A stretch of DNA of 51,378 bases, taken from the NCBI GenBank assembly GCA_038231135.1, contig JBBRLX010000032.1:1-51378 (forward strand), given 5' to 3'. This document shows, piece by piece, positions 1 to 9,560 of the stretch (positions within the stretch are counted from its first letter, which is position 1; each line of letters begins with the position of its first letter). This DNA is from Candidatus Eiseniibacteriota bacterium (lineage in GTDB: Bacteria > Eisenbacteria > RBG-16-71-46). Under the pieces are notes generated by a model. It saw only the letters and a program-made list of their open reading frames with translations. It did no database searches and was not told the origin of the DNA. A program made the position numbers and the translations under genes.

Positions 1-141
1 GAGATGGTGATGCCCGGAGACAACGTGGACATGGAGATCGAGCTGATCACGCCGATCGCCATGGAAGACGGTCTGCGGTTCGCGATTCGCGAGGGCGGCC
101 GTACCGTCGGCGCCGGCGTCGTAACGAAGATCCACGCGTAA
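1..141 (+). CDS. tuf: Elongation factor Tu, C-terminal fragment (5' truncated by window)
   Basis: Frame 1 reads [46 protein letters not shown], the EF-Tu C-terminus; lies directly upstream of rpsJ. Confidence 0.98.
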   Translation, partial: EMVMPGDNVDMEIELITPIAMEDGLRFAIREGGRTVGAGVVTKIHA

Positions 142-150
142 GGGAAGGCC

Positions 151-456
151 ATGCTCCAGAAGATCCGCATCAAGCTCAAGTCGTACGATCACGCGACGCT
201 CGATCAGTCCGCGGGCGACATCGTGCGCACGGCGCGCCGCACCGGCGCGGTCACGTCGGGGCCGGTTCCGCTCCCGACGCAGAAGACCGTGTATACCGTG
301 CTGCGCAGTCCGCACGTCGACAAGAAGTCCCGTGAACAGTTCGAAATCCGGATTCACAAGCGCCTGATCGACATCACGCGCTCGACCGCCCAGACGATGG
401 AAGCGCTCGAGAAGCTCGATGTGCCGGCCGGCGTCGACATCGAAATCAAAACGTGA
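151..456 (+). CDS. rpsJ: 30S ribosomal protein S10
   Basis: [18 protein letters not shown] and [14 protein letters not shown] motifs. Confidence 0.99.
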   Translation: MLQKIRIKLKSYDHATLDQSAGDIVRTARRTGAVTSGPVPLPTQKTVYTVLRSPHVDKKSREQFEIRIHKRLIDITRSTAQTMEALEKLDVPAGVDIEIKT

Positions 457-595
457 GCTGGCAGCCGGTGCGGACCCATCTGCTGCGTTGCTCGCCCGCC
501 GGCGGCTCCACGGTGTCCTGTGAGGACACCGCGGCGCGTCCGGCTCGCTCGCGACTTGCAACTGGGCCTTCAGCGGCAGCCTCGGGGATAAACAC

Positions 596-1225
596 ATGAT
601 TGGGTTGATCGGTAAGAAGATCGGTATGACCCAGCTCTTCAGCGACCAGGGGGAGGCGATCCCTGTCACGGTGATCGAAGCCGGGCCGTGCACGATTACC
701 GAGGTGCGCACGGCGGAGCGCAACGGGTACTCGGCGGTGCAACTCGGGTTCGGCTCCAACAAGGAATCGCGCTTCACGCGGCCGGTGCTCGGACAGTTCA
801 AGAAGCGCAACCTCCCGCCGTCGCGGTTCCTCAAGGAATTCCGCGTCGTGGATCTCGACGGCGTCGAGGTGGGACAGAAGCTCACCGTGACGATGTTCGA
901 GAAGGGCCAGCACGTCGACATCCAGGGCGTCACGAAGGGCCGCGGATTCGCGGGCGTCGTGAAGCGCCACAAGTTCACCTCCGGCCACGCTTCGCACGGT
1001 CCCACGTTCGGCAAGCAGCCGGGCTCGATCGGCGCGTCGGCGTATCCGTCGCGCGTCGTCAAGGGCAAGCGCCTGCCGGGACGCATGGGCGGGGTGTTCC
1101 TCACCCAGAAGAACCTCGAAGTCGTGGCGGTGGACGCCGAGCAGAACGTCGTGATGGTGCGTGGTGCCGTGCCGGGTCCCCCGAACGGCCTCGTGATCGT
1201 CAAGAAGCGGGAAGACGCCAAATGA
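596..1225 (+). CDS. rplC: 50S ribosomal protein L3
   Basis: GLIGKKIGMTQ, KGRGFAGVVKRH, PGRMG; operon position. Confidence 0.99.
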   Translation: MIGLIGKKIGMTQLFSDQGEAIPVTVIEAGPCTITEVRTAERNGYSAVQLGFGSNKESRFTRPVLGQFKKRNLPPSRFLKEFRVVDLDGVEVGQKLTVTMFEKGQHVDIQGVTKGRGFAGVVKRHKFTSGHASHGPTFGKQPGSIGASAYPSRVVKGKRLPGRMGGVFLTQKNLEVVAVDAEQNVVMVRGAVPGPPNGLVIVKKREDAK

Positions 1226-1857
1226 CCAGCGTGACGGTGAAGACCTACGCCGCAGACGGCAGCGAGAAGGGCACGACCGGACTCCCGGACGAGCTGTTCG
1301 CGCAGCCGGTTCACGAACACCTCATGTGGCTGTCGGTGAAGCGCCACCTGGGCAATCAGCGCCAGGGCAACGCCAAGGTGAAGGGCCGGGGTGAGGTGTC
1401 GGGCGGCGGCAAGAAGCCGTTCAAGCAGAAGGGCACCGGGCGCGCGCGCCAGGGCTCGAACACGTCGCCGCTGATGCCGGGCGGCGGACGCGCGTTCGGA
1501 CCGCGGCCGCGCGACTACCGCACCGACATGCCGAAGAAGCAGCGCCGCGCGGCGCTGGTGTCCGCGCTGTCGCTGCGGGCGAGCGAGAACGCGGTCTCGG
1601 TGATCGACGGCTTCGCGCTGACCGAGCCCCGGACCGCGACGGTGGCGGCGCTGCTGCGCGCGCTCGGCCTCTACGGCAAGCGCACGCTGCTGGTCGTGGA
1701 TCAGGCGGACGAGCGGGTCTGGAAGTCCTGCCGCAACATCCACAACCTGAACACGACGTTGGCGCACCAGCTCAATGCCTACGACCTGCTGTCGTCGGAC
1801 GCGGTGGTGTTCACCGCGCCCGGTCTCGACAAGGTCCGGGAGGTGTTCGTCGCATGA
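1222..1857 (+). CDS. rplD: 50S ribosomal protein L4
   Basis: ATG 1222 overlaps rplC stop (ATGA); GGGKKPFKQKGTGRARQGS. Confidence 0.98.
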   Translation: MTSVTVKTYAADGSEKGTTGLPDELFAQPVHEHLMWLSVKRHLGNQRQGNAKVKGRGEVSGGGKKPFKQKGTGRARQGSNTSPLMPGGGRAFGPRPRDYRTDMPKKQRRAALVSALSLRASENAVSVIDGFALTEPRTATVAALLRALGLYGKRTLLVVDQADERVWKSCRNIHNLNTTLAHQLNAYDLLSSDAVVFTAPGLDKVREVFVA

Positions 1858-2144
1858 GTGATCCTCGCAGCATCATCAAGCGGGCGCTGATCACCGAGAA
1901 GGGCACGGTGATGCGCGAGCTCCGCAACCAGTACATCTTCGAAGTGTCGCGAACGGCGACCAAGATCGACATCAAGCGCGCCGTCGAAAGCGTGTTCTCG
2001 GTGAAGGTGGACCAGGTCCGGACCCAGCAGTTGCGCGGCAAGGTCCGGCGGACCGGACGGTTCGTCGGCAAGCGCAGCGACTGGAAGAAGGCCATCGTCA
2101 CGCTCGGGCCCGATCAGAAGATCGAGCTGTTCGAGCAGATCTAG
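1854..2144 (+). CDS. rplW: 50S ribosomal protein L23
   Basis: ITEK, ATKIDIKRAVESVFSVKV, WKKAIVTL. Confidence 0.98.
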   Translation: MSDPRSIIKRALITEKGTVMRELRNQYIFEVSRTATKIDIKRAVESVFSVKVDQVRTQQLRGKVRRTGRFVGKRSDWKKAIVTLGPDQKIELFEQI

Positions 2145-2156
2145 GAATCGACGACC

Positions 2157-2981
2157 ATGGGACTCAAGAAATTCCGACCGGTGACTCCGACGCTCCGCCA
2201 CACCGTCGTGGCGGACTACAAGGAGCTCACCCGCAGCACGCCGGTGAAGTCGCTCACGGAGCGCCTGTACAAGACGGGCGGCCGGAACAACTACGGCCAC
2301 GTGTCGATGCGCTGGATCAGCGGCGGCCACAAGCAGCGCTACCGGATCATCGATTTCCGCCGCAACAAGGACGGGATTCCGGCCGTGGTCGCGAGCATCG
2401 AATACGATCCGAACCGCTCGGCGCGCATCGCGCTGCTCAACTACGTGGACGGCGAGCGCCGCTACATCGTGGCGCCGGACAGCCTCAAGGTGGGCGATCG
2501 CATCCAGTCCGGGGCGGACGCCGAGATCCGGGTGGGCAACTGCCTGCCGCTCAAGAACATTCCGGTCGGCACCAACGTTCACAATCTCGAGATGTTCCCG
2601 GGCCGCACCTCGCGCGTGGCGCGGTCGGCCGGCGCGTTCTGCCAGTTGATGGCGAAGGACGGCGATTACGCGCAGCTGCGGCTGCCGTCGGGCGAGATGC
2701 GCAAGTTCCACGTGAACTGCCGCGCCGTGGTGGGGCAGGTCGGCAATCTGGATCACGAGAACATCTCCTACGGCAAGGCCGGGCGTAATCGCTGGCGCGG
2801 CCGTTATCCGAGCGTTCGCGGCGTCGCGATGAACCCGGTGGACCATCCGATGGGCGGCGGCGAGGGCAAGACCTCGGGCGGCCGTCATCCGACGTCGCCG
2901 TGGGGCAAGATCACCAAGGGTCTCAAGACCCGCAAGCGCAAGCTGAGCGACCAGCTCATCGTGCGGCGTCGTACGAAGTAG
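2157..2981 (+). CDS. rplB: 50S ribosomal protein L2
   Basis: [29 protein letters not shown]. Confidence 0.99.
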   Translation: MGLKKFRPVTPTLRHTVVADYKELTRSTPVKSLTERLYKTGGRNNYGHVSMRWISGGHKQRYRIIDFRRNKDGIPAVVASIEYDPNRSARIALLNYVDGERRYIVAPDSLKVGDRIQSGADAEIRVGNCLPLKNIPVGTNVHNLEMFPGRTSRVARSAGAFCQLMAKDGDYAQLRLPSGEMRKFHVNCRAVVGQVGNLDHENISYGKAGRNRWRGRYPSVRGVAMNPVDHPMGGGEGKTSGGRHPTSPWGKITKGLKTRKRKLSDQLIVRRRTK

Positions 2982-3000
2982 GAAGGAGCAGCTACCGGTC

Positions 3001-3288
3001 ATGGCCCGTTCGATTCGCAAAGGTCCCTACGTCGTCGATTCACTGGTTCAGAAGATCGCAACCATGAACCGCAGCGGCGACAAGCGCGTGCTCAAGACCT
3101 GGGCGCGGCGCTCGACCGTGTTGCCGGAGTTCATCGGCCACACGCTCGCGGTGCACAACGGCAACAAGTTCATCCCGATCTACATCACGGAAAACATGGT
3201 GGGACACAAGCTCGGTGAATTCGTTCCGACCCGCATCTTCCGCGGGCACGGTCAGACGGCCGACAAGGCCCCCACGCCCGGAAAGTAG
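3001..3288 (+). CDS. rpsS: 30S ribosomal protein S19
   Basis: [20 protein letters not shown]. Confidence 0.99.
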   Translation: MARSIRKGPYVVDSLVQKIATMNRSGDKRVLKTWARRSTVLPEFIGHTLAVHNGNKFIPIYITENMVGHKLGEFVPTRIFRGHGQTADKAPTPGK

Positions 3289-3292
3289 CGTC

Positions 3293-3634
3293 ATGCAAGC
3301 GAAAGCCATTCAGCGATACGTGCGGATCACGCCGCGCAAATGCAATCAGGTCCTCGACCTCATCCGCGGCATGCGCGTGGAGCAGGCGCAGACCACGCTG
3401 CAGTTCACGCCCAAGAACGGCGCCCGCATCGTGCAGAAGGTGCTCAAGTCCGCGGTCGCGAACGCGCTCCACGAAGGCAAGGTCCGCCTCGAGGAGCTGT
3501 TCGTGAAGGAGGCGGTGGTCGGCGCCGGCCCCACGCTCAAGCGCTGGCTGCCGCGCGCGCAGGGCCGGGCGACGCCGCTGCTCAAACGGACGAGCCACGT
3601 GTCGGTGACCGTCGCCACGAAGGAGTCGCTCTGA
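3293..3634 (+). CDS. rplV: 50S ribosomal protein L22
   Basis: [36 protein letters not shown]; start set at internal ATG 3293. Confidence 0.98.
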   Translation: MQAKAIQRYVRITPRKCNQVLDLIRGMRVEQAQTTLQFTPKNGARIVQKVLKSAVANALHEGKVRLEELFVKEAVVGAGPTLKRWLPRAQGRATPLLKRTSHVSVTVATKESL

Positions 3635-4296
3635 TGGGACAGAAAACCAACCCGATCGGTCTCCGGCTCGGCATCGTCAAGACCTGGGATTCCAAGTGGT
3701 TCGCGAAGAAGGGCTACGCGGAACTGCTCAAGGAAGACCTGCTGATCAAGCGCTACCTCAAGAAGCGCCTGTACCAGGCGGGCATCTCCAAGATCACGAT
3801 CGAGCGCAAGGGCGAGAAGGTCACGATCGGCATCCGGACCGCGCGTCCGGGCCTCGTGATCGGCCGCAAGGGCGAGCAGGTCGACAAGCTGTCGGAAGAG
3901 ATGAAGCAGCTCACGAAGAAGCAGGTGCAGCTGAACATCGAGGAGATCAAGCGTGCGGACCTCGACGCGCAGCTCGTCGCGGAGCACATCGCGAAGCAGC
4001 TCGAGCAGCGCGTGTCGTTCCGCCGGGCGATGAAGAAGGCGATCGCGTCGTCGATGCGCGCCGGCGCCCAGGGCGTCCGCATCGCGTGCTCGGGACGGCT
4101 GGGCGGCGCCGAGATGGCGCGGTACGAGACCTACCGCGAAGGCCGCGTGCCGCTGCACACGCTGCGCGCCGACATCGATTTCGCGCGCGCGACGGCGAAC
4201 ACCGCGTACGGCACCTGCGGCGTGAAGGTTTGGATGTTCCACGGCGAAGTGCTCGACAAGCCGGCGGCGGTAGCCGCCGCCGTCGCGGCCAAGTGA
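3634..4296 (+). CDS. rpsC: 30S ribosomal protein S3
   Basis: [39 protein letters not shown] overlaps rplV stop (TGATG). Confidence 0.99.
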   Translation: MGQKTNPIGLRLGIVKTWDSKWFAKKGYAELLKEDLLIKRYLKKRLYQAGISKITIERKGEKVTIGIRTARPGLVIGRKGEQVDKLSEEMKQLTKKQVQLNIEEIKRADLDAQLVAEHIAKQLEQRVSFRRAMKKAIASSMRAGAQGVRIACSGRLGGAEMARYETYREGRVPLHTLRADIDFARATANTAYGTCGVKVWMFHGEVLDKPAAVAAAVAAK

Positions 4297-4309
4297 AAGG
4301 GACCGAACG

Positions 4310-4732
4310 ATGCTGATGCCGAAGCGCGTCAAGTACCGCAAGCAGCAGCGCGGGCGCATGCGGGGCAAGGCCTATCGCGGCTCCTCCGTGACGTTCGGGG
4401 AGTTCGGGCTCCAGGCGCTCGAGCCGGCGTGGGTGACGAACCGCCAGATCGAGGCGGCCCGCGTCGCGATCACGCGTTCGATCAAGCGCGGTGGCAAGAT
4501 GTGGATCCGCGTGTTCCCCGACAAGCCGGTCACGAAGAAGCCCGCCGAGACCCGGATGGGCAAGGGCAAGGGCGCCCCGGAGTTCTGGGTCGCGGTGGTG
4601 AAGCCCGGGCGCGTGATGTTCGAGCTCGAAGGCATCACGAAGACGGTGGCGCAGCAGGCCATGAAGCTCGGCGCGTCGAAGCTCCCGATCCGCACGCGGT
4701 TCGTCGAGCGTCACGAGCTGGGAGGAGAGTGA
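4310..4732 (+). CDS. rplP: 50S ribosomal protein L16
   Basis: [22 protein letters not shown]. Confidence 0.99.
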   Translation: MLMPKRVKYRKQQRGRMRGKAYRGSSVTFGEFGLQALEPAWVTNRQIEAARVAITRSIKRGGKMWIRVFPDKPVTKKPAETRMGKGKGAPEFWVAVVKPGRVMFELEGITKTVAQQAMKLGASKLPIRTRFVERHELGGE

Positions 4733-4734
4733 GC

Positions 4735-4941
4735 ATGTCGCACGTGAAGGCGAGCACCATGCGGGACCTGTCGGTGGACGAGATCCATGCGCGCCTGGGC
4801 GAGCTGCGCGAGGAAGTGTTCAATCTGCGATTCCGCAATTCCATGAAACAGCTCGACAATCCGCTCAGGATCCGCGAGAGCCGTCGTGAGATGGCGCGAC
4901 TCCTGACCGTGCTGGCCGACAAGGAGCCGAAGCCGTCATGA
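4735..4941 (+). CDS. rpmC: 50S ribosomal protein L29
   Basis: LREEVFNLRF, RESRREMARLLTVL; between rplP and rpsQ; GGAGG upstream. Confidence 0.95.
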   Translation: MSHVKASTMRDLSVDEIHARLGELREEVFNLRFRNSMKQLDNPLRIRESRREMARLLTVLADKEPKPS

Positions 4942-5252
4942 CCGACCCATTGGAGCAGGAGACCGGCGCCGTGGCGACGGACGCGACCGACGCAACCGAC
5001 GCGCGCAAGCGCCGCAAGATCCGGGTCGGGGTCGTCGTCAGCGATCGCATGAACAAGACGATCGTGGTTTCGATCGAGCGCCTGGTGAAGCACCCCGTCT
5101 ACGGCCGCTACGTGCGCCGCCGGGCGAAGTTCAAGGTTCACGATGAGCAGAACGCCTGCAAGATCGGCGACACGGTCCGCTTCATGGAGACGCGGCCGAT
5201 CTCCAAGGACAAGCACTGGCGGTTCATCGAATTCGTCGAGCGTGCCAAATGA
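4938..5252 (+). CDS. rpsQ: 30S ribosomal protein S17 with N-terminal extension
   Basis: [32 protein letters not shown]. Confidence 0.98.
   Translation: MTDPLEQETGAVATDATDATDARKRRKIRVGVVVSDRMNKTIVVSIERLVKHPVYGRYVRRRAKFKVHDEQNACKIGDTVRFMETRPISKDKHWRFIEFVERAK
4974..5003 (+). repeat. Short in-frame tandem repeat (about 3.3 x 9 nt, encodes [10 protein letters not shown]) in rpsQ N-terminus
   Basis: gcgacggac gcgaccgac gcaaccgac gcg. Confidence 0.7.
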
Positions 5253-5617
5253 TTCAGCTGCGTACGATGGTGACGGTTGCGGACAACTCGGGCGCCAAGC
5301 GGGCCCAGTGCATCAAGGTGTTGGGCGGGCATCACAAGCGCTACGGGCGCCTCGGGGACATCGTGGTCGTGTCGGTGAAGGACGCGATCCCGGGTGCCGC
5401 GGTCAAGAAGGGCGACGTGGCAAAGGCGGTGGTCGTGCGGACGGTGAAGGAGGGACGCCGGAAGGACGGGTCCTACATCCGTTTCGACGAGAACGCCGTG
5501 GTCCTCGTCAACGACGACAAGGAGCCGCGTGGCACCCGTATCTTCGGGCCGGTCGCGCGCGAGCTGCGCGAGAAGGCGTTCATGAAGATCATTTCGCTCG
5601 CGCCGGAGGTCATCTGA
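5249..5617 (+). CDS. rplN: 50S ribosomal protein L14
   Basis: [31 protein letters not shown]. Confidence 0.99.
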   Translation: MIQLRTMVTVADNSGAKRAQCIKVLGGHHKRYGRLGDIVVVSVKDAIPGAAVKKGDVAKAVVVRTVKEGRRKDGSYIRFDENAVVLVNDDKEPRGTRIFGPVARELREKAFMKIISLAPEVI

Positions 5618-5943
5618 TGGGCCTCAAGATCCGCAAGGGTGACTCTGTGCAGGTGATGGCGGGCGACGATCGCGGCAAGGTGGGACGCGTGCTCGCCGTG
5701 GACGAAGTGAAGATGCGCGTGATCGTCGAGAAGGTGAACTTCATCAAGCGCCATACCAAGGCCCGCAAGGCCGGAGTGCAGAGCGGCATCCTCGAGCGCG
5801 AGGCGCCGATCCACATCTCGAACGTGATGCTGTACGACGCCAAGGCCCAGCGCGGCACGCGCGTCGGCATGCGCACGCTGCCGGACGGCACGCGGGAACG
5901 CGTGTCGCGGGCGAGCGGCGAGACGATTTCGAAGCTGCCGTAG
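5617..5943 (+). CDS. rplX: 50S ribosomal protein L24
   Basis: KIRKGDSVQVMAGDDRGKVG (KOW), EAPIHISNV; ATG overlaps rplN stop. Confidence 0.98.
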   Translation: MGLKIRKGDSVQVMAGDDRGKVGRVLAVDEVKMRVIVEKVNFIKRHTKARKAGVQSGILEREAPIHISNVMLYDAKAQRGTRVGMRTLPDGTRERVSRASGETISKLP

Positions 5944-6060
5944 GCAATCGGCCCCGTGACGGGGCGCAGGACGGCCGGCGCGATCGCCGGGCGTGAATTC
6001 CGCTCAGGCACCAGGGTGCGGCGGGACACGCGGAACCACCCTGGAATTCGAGGAACGTGA

Positions 6061-6771
6061 ATGGCTCAGGACAAGAAGGCGAAGGGCGGGGACGCACCGA
6101 AGGCGCCGAAGAAGGCCGCGGACAAGCCGGCACGGAAGGACTCCGGCAGCAAGTCCTCCGGCAAGTCCTCGCGCGCCGAATCCGGACCCGGCGCCGTCAC
6201 GATGGAACGGCCGCACAGCGCGGAAGTGAAGCCGCGACTCGCGACGTTCTACCAGGACAAGGTGCGGCCCGCGCTGATGGACAAGTTCAAGTACAAGAGC
6301 GTGATGCAGGCGCCGCGGCTCGAGAAGATCGTGCTCAACATGGGCGTCGGCGACGCCACGCAGGATCAAAAGCTGCTCGAGGCGGCGATGAACGAGCTGG
6401 GCCAGATCACCGGCCAGCGCCCGTCGCTGCGCCGGGCGCGCAAGGCGATCTCGAATTTCAAGCTGCGCGAGGGCATTGGAGTGGGTTGCTGCGTGACGTT
6501 GCGCGGCGGCCGGATGTACGAGTTCTTCGACCGGCTGATCAACGTGGCGGTGCCGCGCATCCGCGACTTCCGTGGGCTGTCGCAGCGGTCGTTCGACGGC
6601 AGTGGCAACTACAGCATGGGCCTCACCGAGCAGATCATCTTTCCGGAGATCAACTACGACAAGGTCGGGAAGATCCGCGGCATGGACGTCACCATCGTCA
6701 CGTCCGCGAAGACGGATGAAGAAGGACGCGAGCTGCTGAAGCTGATGAACATGCCGTTCCGGCAGAAGTAA
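6061..6771 (+). CDS. rplE: 50S ribosomal protein L5 with about 50-aa low-complexity N-terminal extension
   Basis: [45 protein letters not shown] before ATG 6061 (alternative ATG 6202). Confidence 0.98.
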   Translation: MAQDKKAKGGDAPKAPKKAADKPARKDSGSKSSGKSSRAESGPGAVTMERPHSAEVKPRLATFYQDKVRPALMDKFKYKSVMQAPRLEKIVLNMGVGDATQDQKLLEAAMNELGQITGQRPSLRRARKAISNFKLREGIGVGCCVTLRGGRMYEFFDRLINVAVPRIRDFRGLSQRSFDGSGNYSMGLTEQIIFPEINYDKVGKIRGMDVTIVTSAKTDEEGRELLKLMNMPFRQK

Positions 6772-6785
6772 CGGGGAGAATCACC

Positions 6786-6971
6786 TTGGCCAAAAAGTCG
6801 ATGATCGAGAAGTGGAAACGCACTCCGAAGTTCAAGGTCCGCGCGTACACCCGCTGCCATCGTTGCGGGCGACCGCGCGCGTTCCTGCGGGACTTCGGCA
6901 TGTGCCGCATCTGCTTCCGCGAGCTCGCGCTGTCCGGGCAGATCCCGGGCGTCGTCAAATCGAGCTGGTGA
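6786..6971 (+). CDS. rpsN: 30S ribosomal protein S14, zinc-binding type Z (TTG start)
   Basis: 61 aa; CHRCGR and [16 protein letters not shown]. Confidence 0.98.
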   Translation: MAKKSMIEKWKRTPKFKVRAYTRCHRCGRPRAFLRDFGMCRICFRELALSGQIPGVVKSSW

Positions 6972-7053
6972 ACCAGCCCCGCGAGGGGCATTCGGGGACC
7001 AGGCAGCAGGCCCGCTTCGGCGGAGTCTGGACGCTGGTACCCAGGGGGAACAC

Positions 7054-7449
7054 ATGGCAGTCTCCGATCCGATCGCGGATTTCCTGACCGCGATTCGCAA
7101 CGCCGTGCGCGCGAAACACCGCAAGCTCGACATGCCCGCGTCCAAGCTCAAGACCGAGCTGGCGAAGGTGCTGCTGCGCGAGCGGTTCATCAACAATTTC
7201 AAGCTCATCGAGGACACCAAGCAGGGCGTGCTGCGCGTGTATCTCAAGTACTCGGCCGACCAGAACGTGATCAGCGGCATCCGCAAGGTGAGCACTCCCG
7301 GGCGGCGCGTATACGTCGGCAAGGACGAGATCCCGCGCGTGATGGGCGGCATGGGCACCTCGATCGTTTCCACATCCCGCGGCGTCATGACCGACCGCGA
7401 GGCCCGCGAAGCGGGACTCGGCGGCGAGCTCATGGCGCAGGTCTGGTAG
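7054..7449 (+). CDS. rpsH: 30S ribosomal protein S8
   Basis: DPIADFLTAIRNA, STPGRRVY, IVSTSRGVMTDREAR. Confidence 0.99.
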   Translation: MAVSDPIADFLTAIRNAVRAKHRKLDMPASKLKTELAKVLLRERFINNFKLIEDTKQGVLRVYLKYSADQNVISGIRKVSTPGRRVYVGKDEIPRVMGGMGTSIVSTSRGVMTDREAREAGLGGELMAQVW

Positions 7450-7458
7450 GGGGCCGCC

Positions 7459-7998
7459 ATGTCGAGAATCGGCAAGCTGCCCGTCGCGATCCCGAGCGGG
7501 GTCACGGTCCAGGTCGCGGACAACTTCGTGAACGTGAAGGGCCCGAAGGGCGCGCTGCGCATGCACGTGCTGGTCGGCACCACGGTGACGGTCGAGAACG
7601 GCAATGCGACGGTCACCGCCCAGCCCATCACGCGTAATCCGGCGTTCGGCACCATGCGGGCGCTGATCCAGAACATGGTGTCGGGCGTCACGACCGGGTT
7701 CAAGAAGGTGCTCGAGATCCAGGGCACCGGCTACCGCGCTGCGATGGACGGCAAGAAGATCGTGCTGCAGCTCGGCTATTCGCACCCGATTGCGTTCGTG
7801 CCGCCCGAGGGGATCGACGTCAAAGTCGACAGCCCGACGCGCATGACGGTCTCGGGCGCGGACAAGGCGCTGGTGGGCCAGGTCGCCGCGAACATTCGCG
7901 CGTACCGCCCGCCGGAGCCGTACAAGGGCAAGGGCATTCGTTACGAAGGCGAGTACGTGCGTCGCAAGGCCGGCAAGGCGGCAGGAGCTTCGTCATGA
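7459..7998 (+). CDS. rplF: 50S ribosomal protein L6
   Basis: [28 protein letters not shown]. Confidence 0.99.
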   Translation: MSRIGKLPVAIPSGVTVQVADNFVNVKGPKGALRMHVLVGTTVTVENGNATVTAQPITRNPAFGTMRALIQNMVSGVTTGFKKVLEIQGTGYRAAMDGKKIVLQLGYSHPIAFVPPEGIDVKVDSPTRMTVSGADKALVGQVAANIRAYRPPEPYKGKGIRYEGEYVRRKAGKAAGASS

Positions 7999-8360
7999 GC
8001 GGACAGCACAACAAGAACGAGCGGCGGCGCATCCGCCGCTACCGGATTCGCAAGCGCGTGCGCGGCTCGGACCAGCGCCCCCGGCTGTCGGTATTCCGCA
8101 GCTCCCGGTTCATCTACGCGCAGATCATCGACGACGACAACGGCGCCACGCTGGTGGCGGCTTCGAGCCGCGAGCCCGGCCTGCCGAAGTCGGAGGCGAA
8201 GGGCAAGGTGGGAATCAGCATCGAGGTCGGCAAGCTCATCGCCCAGCGCGCGAAGGACAAGGGCATCGCAAAGGTCGCGTTCGATCGCGGCGGATACCTG
8301 TACCACGGGCGGGTCAAGGCACTCGCCGACGGTGCCCGCGCTGCGGGTCTGGAATTCTAG
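7995..8360 (+). CDS. rplR: 50S ribosomal protein L18
   Basis: [29 protein letters not shown]. Confidence 0.99.
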   Translation: MSGQHNKNERRRIRRYRIRKRVRGSDQRPRLSVFRSSRFIYAQIIDDDNGATLVAASSREPGLPKSEAKGKVGISIEVGKLIAQRAKDKGIAKVAFDRGGYLYHGRVKALADGARAAGLEF

Positions 8361-8369
8361 GAGGTCAGG

Positions 8370-8912
8370 GTGGCGCGTCCGTCTGATTCACATGGATCAC
8401 AGCAGAAGTCCGAGTTCATCGAGCGCGTGATCGCCGTCAACCGTTGCGCGAAGGTCGTGAAGGGCGGGCGCCGGTTCTCGTTCAACGCCATCGTCGCGGT
8501 CGGCGATCAGGCTGGCCGGGTCGGAGTCGGGCTCGGCAAGGCCAACGAAGTGGCCGACGCGATCCGCAAGGCCGGCGAAGTGGCGAAGAAGACGCTGTTC
8601 CGCGTGCCGGTCACGCGGGGCGGCTCGATCCCGCACCAGGTGCTCGGCCATTTCGGCGCGGGCGAGGTGCTGCTCAAGCCGGCGTCGCCGGGAACCGGCG
8701 TGATCGCCGGCGCCGGCGTGCGCGCGGTCCTCGAGGTCGCGGGCATTCAGAACGTGCTCACCAAGTGCCTCGGCAGCCGCAACCCGCACAACCTGGTCAA
8801 GGCGACCGTCGAGGGCCTGCGCCGGCTGCGCACGCCCGCCGAGATCGCCGCGTCGCGCGGCCGCACGGTCGAGGAGATGTTCGGTTCGAGGAGGGTGCCC
8901 GATGTCGCGTAA
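8370..8912 (+). CDS. rpsE: 30S ribosomal protein S5
   Basis: [26 protein letters not shown]. Confidence 0.99.
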   Translation: MARPSDSHGSQQKSEFIERVIAVNRCAKVVKGGRRFSFNAIVAVGDQAGRVGVGLGKANEVADAIRKAGEVAKKTLFRVPVTRGGSIPHQVLGHFGAGEVLLKPASPGTGVIAGAGVRAVLEVAGIQNVLTKCLGSRNPHNLVKATVEGLRRLRTPAEIAASRGRTVEEMFGSRRVPDVA

Positions 8913-9084
8913 GCTTCGCATCCGCTGGGTCAAGAGCTCGAGCGGGCACAAACAGGATCAGCATGCGACCGTGGTCGCGCTGGGGCTGCGCAAGCTCCAG
9001 CACACGGTCGAGCACGACGACACGCCCCAGATTCGGGGCATGGTGTTCAAGGTGCGTCACCTCGTCGAGGTGACCGAAGCGTGA
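8902..9084 (+). CDS. rpmD: 50S ribosomal protein L30
   Basis: [30 protein letters not shown]. Confidence 0.97.
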   Translation: MSRKLRIRWVKSSSGHKQDQHATVVALGLRKLQHTVEHDDTPQIRGMVFKVRHLVEVTEA

Positions 9085-9098
9085 CGAGGACTGGGACC

Positions 9099-9554
9099 AT
9101 GCGTATCGGACAGATTCATCCGGCGGCGGGCTCGACCCGCGTGTCGAAGCGGCGGGGCAAGGGTGCCGCGTCGGGGCTGGGCGGCACCGCCGGCAAGGGC
9201 CACAAGGGTCACAAGGCCCGGTCGGGCGGCAGCATCCCGTCGTGGTTCGAAGGCGGACAGATGCCGATCCAGCGCCGGCTGCCCAAGCGCGGCTTCAAGA
9301 ATCCGGACCGCGTCGAGTATCAGGTCGTGAACCTGAAGCAGCTCGCGGGCGCCGGTGCGTCCGTGCGCGTGGATCGGGCGTGGCTGCAGGCGCAGGGGCT
9401 GGTGCGCCGCCGCGGACCGATCAAGCTGCTGGGCGCGGGCGAGATCAGCGTGGCGTTGACGGTGGCGGTGGATGCGGCGAGTGCGTCGGCCCGCAAGGCG
9501 ATCGAGACGGCGGGCGGCAGGATCGAAATTCCCGAACCCAAGGTGAAGGCCTAA
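9099..9554 (+). CDS. rplO: 50S ribosomal protein L15
   Basis: GKGHKGHKARSG, FEGGQMPIQRRLPKRGF; ATG 9099 follows GAGGA (alternative GTG 9081). Confidence 0.98.
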   Translation: MRIGQIHPAAGSTRVSKRRGKGAASGLGGTAGKGHKGHKARSGGSIPSWFEGGQMPIQRRLPKRGFKNPDRVEYQVVNLKQLAGAGASVRVDRAWLQAQGLVRRRGPIKLLGAGEISVALTVAVDAASASARKAIETAGGRIEIPEPKVKA

Positions 9555-9560
9555 TCGTTC

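Noticed and set aside
511..531. rpsJ-rplC hairpin containing CCTGTG as another IRE-like copy
   Set aside because: CCT is paired in the stem, so the loop register differs from the acnA hairpins
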